From Rhynchobatus australiae (taxonomy: Eukaryota): 64,000 bases of DNA. The stretch spans positions 13,770,552 through 13,834,551 of the forward strand of contig JAUZTB010000063.1 of assembly GCA_034780895.1 (NCBI GenBank). Direction: 5' to 3'. Shown here one piece after another: positions 12,571 to 26,500 of the stretch; within the stretch, counting starts at the first letter, position 1, and each line of letters begins with the position of its first letter. A model generated the notes under the pieces. That model was not told where the DNA came from. It saw nothing but the letters and a program-made list of their open reading frames with translations, and ran no database searches. Both the position numbers and the translations under genes were made by a program.

Positions 12571-14124
12571 TGTCTCAAACTTGGTAGCCTGAATCATTGT
12601 CTACCACAGGGTAATAGCTTCCATTTCCCAAAGTCTAAGAAATTGTATATCATGTCATGTGATTCTTTAGTGAACTGGAATAGTGCAACAAGGGTCCTCT
12701 GTTTGACATCTGGTTATTAACGTTATCCAAATGTTGGCACTCTTTAAAACAGTACTTTAAGTCTTCATGATATTAAATAAGGCCCGTTTGACCTTCTTAT
12801 CACTCATCATTCCTGCATGGAATGTTTGTTTTTATTTCAAATGACATAATTTCCCAATAGTGATATTTCAAAAGTAATTAAATGGCTGCAGAATATGTCA
12901 GTATGTCATTAAAGATGTTATGTAAATGAATCTTTTCCCCTTAGGTCTGCTATTCTCCATGTCACAACTATTATAGCAAAGAAATGTGAAGAACTTATGA
13001 AATAGATCCTTGGAACAGAACAAGAAATAGGAACCACAGTGAGTTGGAATCACTACACATTAAAGCAAAAATAAATGGAAACAAGCCCACTCTTCCTGTG
13101 GTTTGATTTCTTGGTTTCCTTCCCCACACCCAGTAACAGTAATCCAAGGATCCAAGTATCAATTCTTTATCCTCCTGCCTTTGTAGGTTGTATAGTTATA
13201 GGGTGAAGAACTGTGCTTATCTAATGTCCATTGACCCTGTAGCAGCAATCAGACATACCCACTTCTGGGAGCTGAGATACAGGAACTCTTAACCTACAGT
13301 GTCCCTATCCTTCCTTAAATTCATGGTCTTATATTTACTAACCTGATTCCAGACTCTCTAAGAGTTGCAGAAGGGGTAGGGCACTTTGATATGTCAGCAG
13401 ATTGANNNNNNNNNNNNNNNNNNNNNNNNNNNNNNNNNNNNNNNNNNNNNNNNNNNNNNNNNNNNNNNNNNNNNNNNNNNNNNNNNNNNNNNNNNNNNNN
13501 NNNNNATTTGTTCTGGAAAAGGTTAGTTAACCAATATAGGCATAATCTTAATTGACTAAGCAATCAAGTGAATGCCTTCCATAATTGTTGCAGTCTGACT
13601 CCCATTAAAACCTTCATGGAAGGTGCCTTGTGTAACACTTAATAATCCTACTATTGCAGAGTCTTTTTATTTGTCAGTACTTGCCCTTCAAAAAGCCCAT
13701 AACTAGGGTGTACATTTAATGATTCCACCACTTGTGTACTTCCTTAATGCACAGAGAAAACAAGCTAGAAATATATGCAACTAACACAAAATTTTGAGGT
13801 GAGCTGTCTATCTGCCACACCTAATGTAAGAAATAATGACTGAAATCATTTCTTGTCCATACTTGTTTGAATGGACCAAAAGGAGAAAAACAATGTCAGG
13901 ACAACAGGGCAGTTCAGTATAATATAAAACAGGTCCATGGTTATTGGTAGATTGGGTATTGAAGTGACATTTAACATGACACACAAACAGTTCTGAACAT
14001 GCCAATAAGAAAATAATAAAAGTATTAAACTTTATGTAATCAGTCAAAAATTTGCATAGAGGACTGTGAACAACAACTTAGTCGGGTAAATTAATGCTTA
14101 TGCATTCTAGAGTCCTGACCTGAA

Positions 14125-14696
14125 GCAGCCTTTCACTGTGAAGGATGACTTGATTCCACTCCAGTTCTCTAGGTTTGGATGTGACTGATAAGGCTCATGC
14201 AGGATCTGCGGAGTTTGCCATTGGTTGGTTAGGAGTTGCTCGATGGGGTGGTGGATGGGTTGTTTGGGAGGCTCAGCGCTCCTTCTCCCATTTTTGTTTG
14301 GCTCTTCATCCTCTTTTCAGAGGCTTGAGGGGATTAGCCTTCCCAGATACTCTTCTCCATTTTGAGCAATGATGCATCAAGGATTCCCATGAACTAATGA
14401 AGATGCTTTTCCAAGGAGGCTTTAAGGACATACTTGAAGTGTTTCCTCCGCCCTCCTGGAAATCGCTTGCTGTGCCCATTTCAGGAGTCTAATGTCAGGC
14501 ATGTGGACAATGTGACCCACCCGTTAGGGATGTCTAGGTGTATTTAGAGCCTCACTTGTGGGGATATTGGCCAGAGAGAGAAAGGACTGAAGTTACCCTA
14601 CTGAAAAAGGTGGAAGATTTTGCAGAAAGAGTGCTGTGACGTGCCTGATTCAGATTGTCCACGTTTCCAAAGCACAAAGGAGTGCAGGGACCACAA
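14125..14696 (-). mobile_element. RTE-clade LINE 3' fragment
   Basis: Minus-strand remnants VVPALLCALETWTI and GHSKRFPGGRRKHFKYVLKASL, matching the RTE ORF C-terminus. Confidence 0.7.
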
Positions 14697-15095
14697 ATAT
14701 GCTGCTGTGCTGCCTTGGGGAAGCAGCCAGCATAATCAAAGACCACACCCAATCAGGTCATTCTCTCTTCTCTCCTCTCCCATCAGGCAGAAGCCTGAGG
14801 GCACATACCACCAGGCTCAAGGAGAGCTTCAATCCCACGGTGATAAGACGATTGACAGTTCCCTTATACAATGAGATGGACTCTTGACCTCACAATCTAC
14901 CTTGTTTGATTTTGCACCTTATTGTCTACCTGCAGTGCACTTCCCTGTAGCTGTGACACTTTACTCTGTATTCTGTAATTGTTTTTACCCTGTACTACCT
15001 CAATGCACTGTGTAATGAATTGATCTCTACAAACGGTATGCAAGACAAGTTTTTCACTGTATCATGATACGAGTGACAATGATATACCAATTCCA
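14697..15095 (+). mobile_element. Rex1/Babar LINE 3' end
   Basis: CCLGEAASIIKDHTQSGHSLFSPLPSGR..TTRLKESF plus family 3' UTR. Confidence 0.88.
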
Positions 15096-15104
15096 AAATT
15101 CATG

Positions 15105-15520
15105 ATACCATTAGACCCATCCTGTCCTTGTTGGACAAATAAATGCTACTGAACATAATCCTACCTTCCTGCATTGGATCAGTAGTCCTGCAGGTCACCA
15201 GCTCTTCAAGAACACGTCGCGGCACTTTTTAGGTGTGATGAAGGTTTCTGCTTCCACCCCCTTTTCAAGCAGGGAGTTCCAGATCCCTGCCACCCTCTGG
15301 GTAAAGATTTTTACCTCCCTTCTAATCCTTTAACCAGTTTACCTTTTACTAAATCTATACCCTTGGTTTTTGATCCCTCTTTTGTGGGGAATGGATCCTT
15401 TCTGTTTACTCTTTCAAGACCTCTCAGGTCTTTTATACACCGCTGTTAACTATTCCAAGGCAAACAACTCCAGTTTGTCCAATTTCTCCTACTAATTCAA
15501 TTGTTCCAGGCCCTGGCAAC
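15105..15520 (-). mobile_element. CR1 LINE 3' fragment
   Basis: gggagttccagatccctgccaccctctgggtaaaga...tccaaggcaaacaactccagtttgtccaat...ccctggcaac. Confidence 0.6.
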
Positions 15521-15684
15521 AAGGATGAGGCTCCTAGTCAGTTCAGGATGGGTGTGGCACATGGGGCTCACTGTTGTTCTTTACCTTTATTCCGTGTAAT
15601 TGTCCATACTTTCGATGAGTTTGGAGGTGGAGTAGTTGGTGTCAGTATTCAAGACTGTGTGAACAATGAATATCGAAGGAAATA

Positions 15685-16177
15685 ATCAGAGAGTTGCGGA
15701 CACAGCCCAGTGCGTCACGGAAACCAGCCTCCCCTTCTTGGACTCTGTCTTTACCTCTGACTGCCTTGGTGAAGCAGCCAGTATAATCAAAGACCCCACT
15801 CACCCAGGACATTCTCTCTTCTCTCCCATCAGGCAGAAGATACAGGAGCCTGAGGTCACATACCATCAAGCTCAAGAGCAGGTTCCATCCCACTGTGATA
15901 AGACTATTGAACGGTTCCCTTATACCATGAGATGGACTCTTGACCTCACAATCTAACTTGTTGTGACCTTGCACCTTATTGTCTACCTTCACTGCACTTC
16001 CTCTGTAGCTGTGTAACTTTACTGTGTGCTGTTATTGTTTTTACCTGTACTACATCCATGCACTCTGTACTAACTCAATGTAACTGCACTATGTAATGAA
16101 TTGACCTGTACGATTGGTATGCAAGACAAGTTTTTCACTAACGTGGTACAAGTGACAATAATAAACCAATACCAATA
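15685..16177 (+). mobile_element. Rex1/Babar LINE 3' end
   Basis: QRVADTAQCVTETSLPFLDSVFTSDCLGEAASIIKDPTHPGHSLFSP; tail aataaaccaataccaatac. Confidence 0.9.
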
Positions 16178-16446
16178 CTTGGGCTTTGGGATTGGTAGAA
16201 AGGTTTTGGGGTGTTAGAAGAATTGTCATTTACTGCAGGATACCCAGTCTCTGACAGGCTCTTGTAGGCATGGTATTCATGTAGCTGATCCAGTTGAATG
16301 GATATTGATGCTAATGGCAATTGGTGACAGTAATGCAATTGACTGTCATGTGTACGTGGTTAGACTTGTGGTGGAAATCTTTTGTCTGACACTTTTGTAA
16401 TGTCTATTTTTTGCTTTTTTTTTCAGCCCATGCCTGACTTGTCTAG

Positions 16447-16808
16447 GTATTGGTATTGTATTGGTTTATTATTGTACAGCGGAAAAATTTGTCTTGCATA
16501 CTGATCATACAGGTCAATTCATTACACGGTGCAGTTACATTGAGTTAGTACAGAGTGCATTGATGTAGTACAGGTAAAAACAATGACAGTACAGAGTGAA
16601 GTGTCACAGCTACAGAGATAGTGCAGTGCAATAAGGTACTAGGTCACAACAAGGTAGATCATGAGGTCATAGTCCGTCTCATTGTATAAGGGAACCATTC
16701 AATTGTCTTATCACAGTGGGGTAGAAGCTGTCCTTAATTCTGGTGGTACATGCCTCAGGCTCCTGTATCTTCTACCTAATGGAAGAGGAGAGAAGAGAAG
16801 GTGTCCTG
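16447..16808 (-). mobile_element. Rex1/Babar LINE 3' end, inverted relative to the 15685-16177 copy
   Basis: Reverse complement aligns by eye along its length with 15807-16177. Confidence 0.9.
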
Positions 16809-17684
16809 CAGCACCCTTTTTCAAATCCAATCTCAAACATCTCCCTGTCATCACCATTTCCTATCACTGTAACATCCCAGTCCTACAAACCTGTGAGTGA
16901 TTCACATTCCTGCAACTGCAATCCCTAGCACATCTCCAATCTTTATTACTCTGTCACTGCCAGCAGAGCCTTCAACTGTCTAAAGCCTAGGTTGAACCTG
17001 AACCTCTCTACCCTGCTACCTCAAGCTCCCGCTTTAAGTTCCTTTTGGGCATCTGCTCCAACACTTCCACATTTGGCAAAATTTGTCTCTTAACACTCCT
17101 GTGAAAATATTTTGGGATGTTTTACCATATTAAAATTGCTATGTAAATGTAGGCTTCAATAGTGGAATTAAGCGCATTATCTAGTCTAACACTCCAGTTC
17201 AGAATTGAGAAATCACTGTATCATCAAAGCTAACATATTTCAGAAGAAATTAGTTCCGCTGGTAAATGATTAAGATCCCAGGACATTTGTAGAAAAACAG
17301 GGAATTCTTCACTTGTCCTGATCACTTCAAAGGGCCAATTGCTGATTAATCTCACTGCTCTTTGGGGGAATATCAATGAACTGTCTCAGAATAAAGCATT
17401 AACCACACATTGTCGCTTTATAGATGGAGATGGATATGCTGTGCATTTCTACACTGGGGAAAAAAAATATTCTTTTTGATACTAAACCTGTAACTATTGG
17501 AATAGACAGGAAATTCAAAGACACTTTTGTACATGAAATGATCCATTGCAACAACAGATTACCATCTCCCTAAACTATTTCCCTTATTCTGACACCAAGG
17601 AGCCCAGCTCCAGAGAAACTGTCTCTCCTCATTGACGATGGAGGAGCACCATGCATGCAGTGGGCATGTATCTCTAGATTCATT

Positions 17685-18010
17685 GTATGTTTTATGTATG
17701 TTTATGTGAGTGTGTATGTGTGTGTATACTTATCTAAGATTTTACATGGGTTTATGTGTGTAGTTGAGTATATCTGTATGTGTTTTAAATGAGTGCGTAT
17801 TTATGTGTACATGCATGTTTCTGTAGTGTGCATGTGTGTGAGGATTTGTTTGTATATGTGTAGTTATATATTTATGTGTGTATTTTATATGTATATGTGC
17901 AAAATTGTACATGCATTTATGTGTGTGTGTTGTACTTGTGCAAGTTCATACTAGTATTTGTGTTTGTATGCATGTGTATGTGTATTTGTGTGTACATGTA
18001 TGCATGAGTG
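17685..18010. repeat. Degenerate (TG/TA)n low-complexity tract
   Basis: gtgtgtatgtgtgtgtata-type repeats. Confidence 0.8.
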
Positions 18011-19364
18011 TACCATGAGAAATACATCAATAAACCATTTTAATTTTACATAAATGTGTCCCATTACATCTGGAAAATATTCATTACTTTGATGCAGAGT
18101 TGGAAGTGCAGTTGGTGAATTTTTCATAGTATCAATTTATTTACAATATTATACAGCAAAGTCACTGTAAATAGCCCACTATGAGCAGTAACTAAATTGA
18201 GTACTGCTTCTGGGTGCTGAATGATAGTTAATCATGATTAATAAGAACAGATGTGTACAGCATTGGGAAGGCAATGTTCTTATGTTACTTTAGCTCACTG
18301 AGCCCACCTCCACTTGCGCAGCTGTGTACAATATCTCTGCTGGAAAGAAATCCCTCCATTCCCCATATTATCACATGGGTAAGGACACTGCCTTGGGTAA
18401 AACTAATCTAAAGAAATTATCTTCAATTCCTAATTAGGTTTAATTAGCTGATTTCAACAATAGGAGCAATTTTATTGCTTCTTTTAGTCTTCATGAGCCA
18501 GAACCGGAGGACAGACATCAACCAGGACGCTGCTGCTGACCTAGTGATTAATCTTCCAAGTCCCTTGTTAATCATCTAGAGTACTTCAAACCCACCTGGC
18601 AGGGATTATTGAGAGTTACCAGAGAGGATCAACTTGCTTCCTAACTCCTGTCACAGACGTGTCAGCCTGGTGCTAATCCACGCAGACCCAGCTGGCCTCC
18701 CCCTCAAAAAGGGGTAAGGTGAGGGGGCAGATATCTGAAGTTGAGTTACTCAAAGGGGAATAAATGGTAAAGAGTAATGGGTCTTTTCCCATTGATCAAA
18801 CCTCTCCTGTTTATATCTACAGAACATTGTTGAAAGGCCTGGATCACGTGTTTGGAAAATTTAGCTAATTTGACATAATTTGCTATAATTTCAAAATTTG
18901 CACTCTTACATGGCTCAAATCTCTGAAACAGCATGGAGAATAATAACAGACTTCAGGACAACATGGATTGCAAAATGCATGACATGAGATTTAACACTGA
19001 GATTATGAAGACTTTGCTTTGACAGGNNNNNNNNNNNNNNNNNNNNNNNNNNNNNNNNNNNNNNNNNNNNNNNNNNNNNNNNNNNNNNNNNNNNNNNNNN
19101 NNNNNNNNNNNNNNNNNNNNNNNNNNNNNNNNNNNNNNNNNNNNNNNNNNNNNNNNNNNNNNNNNNNNNNNNNNNNNNNNNNNNNNNNNNNNNNNNNNNN
19201 NNNNNNNNNNNNNNNNNNNNNNNNNNNNNNNNNNNNNNNNNNNNNNNNNNNNNNNNNNNNNNNNNNNNNNNNNNNNNNNNNNNNNNNNNNNNNNNNNNNN
19301 NNNNNNNNNNNNNNNNNNNNNNNNNNNNNNNNNNNNNNNNNNNNNNNNNNNNNNNNNNNNNNNN

Positions 19365-20365
19365 TCAACTCTAATTCCTCTAAATTTCATGGAGTATAAT
19401 CCCATTCTGATCAATCTATTAATAGACAATGCTGCATTCCACCTTGTGAACCTTCTCTTCACTAAGGCAAGTATATACCTCTTTACATAAGGAAACCAAA
19501 ATGTCATACAGTACTCCAGTGCAATCTCACCAAAGCCCTCTACTATTGTATCAAGGCTTGTTTACTCTTGTGCTCCTTTGCACTCACAATGAAGACCACT
19601 TATTTCTAATTACTTATTACCTGATTTCTAACTCTTTGTGTTTCTTGTATGAGCACTCTAAGGTTTCTGTGAACATCAACATATAATCATCTCTTATCAT
19701 TTAAGTAAAAATCTGATTTTTCTATTCTTCCTACCAAAGACAATAACCTCATAAGTCCCCTCATTGTATTCTCACTCCCACTTTTTGCCTATGCATACTA
19801 CTTATCAATATTCCTTTGCTGACTATGATAACTTTTGCTGTCCTCCTTACATTTCACTTCCGTGCTACCTTTGTATCAACTGCAAATTTGAATATGTTGC
19901 ACATCAACATCATCAATACCAATTGTAAATAGCTGAGGTCTGAGCAATAATTCCTGAGGCACTCCAAAAGTTATAGCCTGCCAGTTTGAAAAGAGCCAGT
20001 TTATTATTACCCTTTGTTTTCTGTCTGTTAATCAATCTTCTATACATGTTATTATATTACTCCAACCAATGATCCTTCACCTTGTGCAGTTGACTTCAAT
20101 GAGGCACTTTTATCAATGGGAAATCCAAATACATTATGGTTACTGGCTCCCCTTTATCTACCCTGCTATATGCATCCTCAAAGACATCTAATTACTGTAT
20201 TAATCATAAGTTTCCCTTTACAAAATTATGTTGACTCTGCTTAATTATGCCATGTTTTTCTATATTTTCAGTAATTGCTTCCTTAATAATGGATTCCAGA
20301 ATTTGCCAACACCTGATATTGGACTAACTAGCATGAAGTTCCTTGCTTTGTCTCTCCCTTCTTTT
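19365..20365 (-). mobile_element. CR1 LINE ORF2 fragment
   Basis: ggaaaccaaaatgtcatacagtactccagtg, ctttgtatcaactgcaaatttg (KFAxDTK), cctgaggcactcc (GVPQ). Confidence 0.75.
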
Positions 20366-20369
20366 CTTG

Positions 20370-20900
20370 GCAGTATAAATGCTACAATTTTAATGGGGTT
20401 CTAAGAACAGAGAAATCAGGGTATATGACCACAAGTCTTGGAAGGGAGCCGGGAAGGTTTCATAAGAGGAGGCATGGTGTAGTAAGGCAAGGTTAAGCTA
20501 AGCATTTCTAAAACACTGACTAGAACCCAGCTGAGGCATTGTGACTAATTCCAGGTACTGCACTTTAGGAAGGGTGTCAAGATCTTGAGAGGATTAAAGC
20601 ACTTGACAGAGAATGCATTTAGGATGAAAGACTTCAGTTTCATGGGGAGAAAGGAGACACAAGGAATGTTCTCCTCCTGGGTGAGAAGTTTAAGGAAGAT
20701 TTTGTAAAATAGTAAGGATTTTGGGAGAGTAAATAAGGAGAAACAGTTTCCAAAAATGAAAGAGTCAGTAGCCGCAGGAGAACAAAAGAATCAGAATGGA
20801 CAAAAGGATCTGTGTGGAATGTGTTGTCTAAAAGAATGGGAAGGGGGGAAAATGAAATGAATAGGAATGAGTTTGGGCTTGTAATAACTTTTAATGAATG
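20370..20900 (+). mobile_element. CR1 LINE fragment, heavily decayed, opposite orientation
   Basis: aaaacactgactagaacccagctg..., cactttaggaagggtgtcaag, gaaacagtttcca. Confidence 0.55.
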
Positions 20901-21706
20901 ACTCAGTGAAAGCATATCCAGTTGTGTACTTGGTGTGTAGGTAATATTGAGATATATGGTTTCACATGAGCAAGGAACTTCATTGTACCCTGAATCTGAA
21001 GGAAGGAGAGAGGCAGGGGTATGATTGGAGCACTGAGAGATATGATGCAAAGATAGTGGGCCTTGAGGAACGCAGTGAGAAAGTGGGTGGATTTAAGGAA
21101 TATGTTGGGAGGTTGGGTGTTATCTACCCACTAAACAGATTGAGGGCTGACAATCTCCCACAGCTAACCATCTTTATTTNNNNNNNNNNNNNNNNNNNNN
21201 NNNNNNNNNNNNNNNNNNNNNNNNNNNNNNNNNNNNNNNNNNNNNNNNNNNNNNNNNNNNNNNNNNNNNNNNNNNNNNNNNNNNNNNNNNNNNNNNNNNN
21301 NNNNNNNNNNNNNNNNNNNNNNNNNNNNNNNNNNNNNNNNNNNNNNNNNNNNNNNNNNNNNNNNNNNNNNNNNNNNNNNNNNNNNNNNNNNNNNNNNNNN
21401 NNNNNNNNNNNNNNNNNNNNNNNNNNNNNNNNNNNNNNNNNNNNNNNNNNNNNNNNNNNNNNNNNNNNNNNNNNNNNNNNNNNNNNNNNNNNNNNNNNNN
21501 NNNNNNNNNNNNNNNNNNNNNNNNNNNNNNNNNNNNNNNNNNNNNNNNNNNNNNNNNNNNNNNNNNNNNNNNNNNNNNNNNNNNNNNNNNNNNNNNNNNN
21601 NNNNNNNNNNNNNNNNNNNNNNNNNNNNNNNNNNNNNNNNNNNNNNNNNNNNNNNNNNNNNNNNNNNNNNNNNNNNNNNNNNNNNNNNNNNNNNNNNNNN
21701 NNNNNT

Positions 21707-22050
21707 CAGTATTTGTGTATTCTGATGTTGCACATTGTTTAAAACAGCAAGTGTGTGTGTTTAAATTTCTCACATTATATAACATACCTGATGTGTGTGT
21801 CTTTTGGTCATTCACTGTCTAATACACCTGGTATGTCTGTGTCCTCACATCACACATTGTCTAATGCACTGGGTGTGTTTGTCCTCATGTTGCACACTGC
21901 CTAACACATCAGGTGTATGTTTTCTGATGTTGCAACCTGCCTAGCTCAACTGGAATATGTACCTTTGTGTTCTATGTTGTCTATACAGCCATTATGTGTC
22001 TATCCTCATATTATACACTGTTTAACATATCTGGTGTGTGTGCTGTGCAC
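21707..22050. repeat. Minisatellite, ~40 bp unit (gtgtgtgtcctcatgttgcacactgtctaacacacctg-like), ~8 copies, abutting an N gap
   Basis: Periodic cacattgtctaa..ctgg..gtgtg motif. Confidence 0.7.
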
Positions 22051-22674
22051 CACGACACTCCAGCCTGGCAGTTCTGATCATTGATAGCCACAGAGGGGCT
22101 TGATGTTCTATCAACTTGGTTTTTAACAGTCAACCCCTGACAGGAACTATTTTCTGCTCCTTCGTGGTAGATGTCTGGCAGCGTACATTTATTAGAACAG
22201 GAATTTGCCATTTTATCATTACTGTGCAACCCCACGTTCAGGAGATAAGGTGTGGAGTCAATCACTTTTCCTCTGACATTTTTTCTTAAGCCTCAGAATG
22301 AATGGATTAATTCAAAGTTCCCAAAAATAGCTGAACAATAGTGAAACTTTGCTGTCTGGATGGTTTGAAAATGCCATTGGACACAGTATTTTAACAATTA
22401 GAGTGTGAATTTCCTTTCTCCAATTGGGTGGCGAGTTTAATTTACGCCCCACTGCCAGGTTAGTGTGTATCAGATCGGGCACTAATTCCAACACTGAATA
22501 ATTAAACCAATGCTTACTGACCATGTGATGTCCAGATAGAGAAGATGGTCTGTCACTGGTTCTTTCTTCCCCTGTTTTTTTCCTTGTCATATTTGGCAGA
22601 TGTGGATCTACAGAGACCGAGAAAACACAAATTTAGGATTGTGAGTAGGGTGTATCTAGATACAGGACTATTAA

Positions 22675-22800
22675 TCTAGAGAGAAACAGAGTTAATATTA
22701 TTAGGTTGATGACAGTTCAGTGCTGATGAAAAGTCATCAGCCTGAGATATTTACACAGTTACTGCCTGACCTGTTGAGTATTACCAACATTTTGTACTTT
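22675..22800. mobile_element. Penelope terminal-repeat derivative
   Basis: gagagaaacagagttaa...ctgatgaaaagtcatcagcctga...ctgcctgacctgttgagtatt. Confidence 0.6.
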
Positions 22801-24210
22801 TTTTCTTCCACCTTCTGAAGTCTGACCACTGTTGTAGACAGAACGTTACTCTGTGAGCTTCACATGTACTACATGAGTTTCATGTGAGCAAGGAATTTCA
22901 TTGCACCCTGGTCTATATGACAATAAGCTAATCTGATCTGAAGCAGCAGCCACCTTGTGCAAGCTACCAAATACAATAATGTGAAAATGGCCTGATAAAC
23001 TTGTCTTCATAAGGTTTGGCCAGGAGACTGAGGATAAGTAGTCTGCTCTTCTCTGAAGTAGTAGTAATGAGATATATCAGATGTTGCAGTCCTTTGCTTT
23101 TCCTGCTCCAACTCTAACCCGTAGACCACCTGGTCACCCAAACATAGCCGTTCCTCATAAATCACAAAGGATTTTTAAATACTTGCACTTAGTGGTTGCA
23201 TTTTTTGGTTGAGGAATGGATGCTGACTGAACAAATCATTTACTCTTCTTCAAATAATGCCAAAGTGAGGAATTACCTTGCACCAAAGTCCATTGTCCTT
23301 CTGCAGTGGAAAAGGAACCTCAGTGGTGCTATTGATTGCCCAGTTATTTCTGTCTGCAGAACGTTTGGTGAACCACTGCACATTAGTTTCTCCTGTCACA
23401 GACGATACCAGAGTTGCTTTCCCTTCCACCTGCCTGCTACAAGCTTCTAAACCCCAGACTACAATTTTTTCATTGATCTCATCTCCTGTGATACCAATAA
23501 CCTTAATATTGCCCCACCATTGCTTTAGCTTCTGATCGGCTTCTTCTGATGGTGTTTAATTCATTCTCAGGGTGCATTGAAATTTGATGTAATCAAATGG
23601 TTTTGTCATCCAGCTCAGCGATGTGAGCCGAAGACATGTAAATGCCAGATCAGGTAAAGGCATTGGGTATTGGAACAGAATTATGCATCAGATAATCAGA
23701 TTGCCTTTTACAACAAGCCTAAAGGGTCATTTTTACTGAAAGCAGATTTATCAAATTATGTTGTTTTTGAAAAACTGAATTCAAGCAGAGATTTGAATTT
23801 TCATTAACTACCATATGAATCTAATACTTAACCATTATATTGTAATTATTCTTCACCACTATAAAATGATCCCACATTCATTTAGTTATAAATAGTTGAT
23901 ACTAAAAGTTTTTTTAATTCAGAATTTTTCCTGTTTGTCTGCCTCTGTGCAGTTCCATTTGTAGTGTCTTGAACACTAACAGGCTTGGCAGTTACAGGTC
24001 ATCGTGGACATAAAGCTTTCCACCACTGTGGTTTATCTGAATCTCAAGTTATTAATCAGTTGATAGAGATTGATGGTCGTGATTAGACAACAAACTATGT
24101 GACCTTTGATGCTCTTTCCACCCATTCCTATGATCTTCATTGGGCCCAAGTTGTTAGATGGGGGAAAGAACAAGCACTCTGAAGGTAAGAGGATGTTCTC
24201 TTTACTCACG

Positions 24211-26500
24211 CATAGAGTCATAGAGTTGTACAGCACAGAAATAAGCCCTTTGGCCCACTACATCCATGATGACCTTTATGCCATCTCCCCTCATCCATTT
24301 TGTCCACATTGCCCATATCCTTCGATGCCTTGCCTATTAAAGTGCCTGTTTAAATGTCTCTTGAACATAATGATTGTATCTGACTCCACCACCTCCTCTG
24401 ACAGTGAGTTCCAGATATCAACCACTTCCTGTATAAAAGACTTGTCCCTCAAATCTCCTTTAAATCTCCTTCCTCTCACCTCCCACCTATGCCCTTTTGT
24501 TATTGATGGCTCTACCATGGCATAAGGATTCTGACCATCTGCTCTACCTGTACCTCTTGTAGTTTTATATACCTCCATCAGGTGACCCCTCAGCCTCTTT
24601 AAACCCACACTTATCCAATCTCTCCCCAGAACTAAAGTCCTCCAATCCAGGTAACATCCTGCTGAACCTCCTCTGCACTCTCTCCAGCACCACCTCATCC
24701 TTCCAAAAGCGAGGCAACCAGAACTGTGCAAAATAGCTCGTGTGGTTTAACCAGCATTTTATAAAGTTGCAACATAACGTCTCAGCTTGTGTATTCTATT
24801 CCATGCCTCATGCTCTCTTCACCACCCTGTGATTGATGTTGCCACCTTCAAGGAACTATGGACTTGAACCCCAAACTCCCTCTGTTCATTAACCTTCTTT
24901 GGAGTTCTACCATTTAGTATAAATGTTCTGCCCCTATTTGAGTTCCCAAAATCACCTCGCATTTGTTGTGGCTAATTTCCATCTCCAACACTCACCCAAC
25001 ATTTCCATCCCATACATCCTGCTGTAACCTTAGACAACCTTCCCCACTATTCACAACACCACCCTTTAGAGCCATCTACAGTCTTACTAATCGTAACCCC
25101 TACATTCACATCCAAGTTGTTAACATATTTCACAAATAACAAGAGTCCCAGCACCGATCCCTGAGGTGCACCACTGGTCACATACATCCACTCAGAAAAG
25201 TTTCCTTCCATCACTACCCTCTGTCTCCAATCACCAAGCCAATTTTGAATCCAATTTGCCAGCTCACCATTGAATCCCATATGCCTCAACCTTCTGGACC
25301 AGCCTACCATGTTGGATCATGCCTAGTACCTTATTGAAGTCCATATAGATGATGTCTACCACCCTGCCTTCACCAATCTTCTTAGTTACCTTCTCAAAAA
25401 TCTCAATCAAATTAGTGAAGGGGAATTTCACCCCCCCACAGAGCCATGCTGACTATCAGCTTCTGCCTTTCCAAAAGGACAGAACCCCTCTCTATTCTGA
25501 TTTTCTCCAATAGTTTCCCTATTACTGGCATAAGGCTCACCAGCCCATAGCTACATGGCTTATACCTGCTGCCCTTCTTAAATAAAGGAAGAGAATTCAT
25601 TATCCTCCAATCTATGGCTAACAAAGATGCAAAAATCTCCATCAGCGCCCCAGCTGCCTCTTCCTCTAGCAAGCTGGGATGGATCAATCTTTATGAATCC
25701 CATGACATCTAACACTTCTTCCTTCTTAAACCGGAGCTGACCTGCCCCTCTGTGAACTCACTATCTTCCATGTCCTTCTCCTCGGTGAATGCAGATGAGA
25801 AGTATTCATTGAGGACCTTGCCCACATCACTTGGCTCCACCCCTTTGGTCCCTAAGAGGACACATTCTTTCCTTGAATGCCCTTTTGCTTCTGATATATT
25901 GATATAGTATTTTCCTAAATCTTGCTTGCCAAGGAAATTTCATTGCCCCTCTTTGCCTTCCTAATTTCTTTTTTAAGTTCTCTCCTTCACACTGTATATT
26001 CCTCAATAGACACCCTCAATCACAGATGCCTATACCTGCCATATGTTTCCTTGTTTTTCTGATCAAACATTGAATATCCTTTGCCATCTAATGTTCCCTA
26101 ATCTTGCCGTCTTTGCTTTTCACCCTTAGCGCTGATCCTGGTCTCAGGCCAACTCTCTTTTAAAAGACTCCCACTTGCCAGATGTTGTTTTACCCACAAG
26201 CATCTGCTCCCAATATATTTTCACAGTCTTCTCTTACACTATTGAAATCAGCCTTCCCTCATTTCATGACATTAACTTGAGGATGAATCCTTTCCATTAC
26301 TGCCTTGAAACAGACAGAATTATGGTCACTGTACCAAAGTGTTCCCCCACCAATGCTCCCACCACCTGCACAGTTTCATTTCCTAAAAAAAGGTCAAGTA
26401 CTGCCCCATCCCTAGTTGGACTATCTACATACTGTCTCAAACAACTTTTGTGGATGCACTTAACAAATTCCACCCCATCTAAGCCCCTTGCACTAAGGTA
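24211..26500 (-). mobile_element. CR1 (HER1-like) LINE, ~2.3 kb, decayed with internal deletions
   Basis: 3' tail catagagtcatagag at 24211; ORFs WIQNWLGDWRQRVVMEG..VTSGAPQGSVLG, DWRIMN.LPLFKKG.R..P..Y..VSL, KFIQEVVDIWNSL. Confidence 0.9.

Noticed and set aside
21707-22050. Periodic repeats as possible CRISPR arrays (also 46255-46530 and 60515-60705)
   Set aside because: Eukaryotic context, degenerate head-to-tail units without unique spacers, no cas genes
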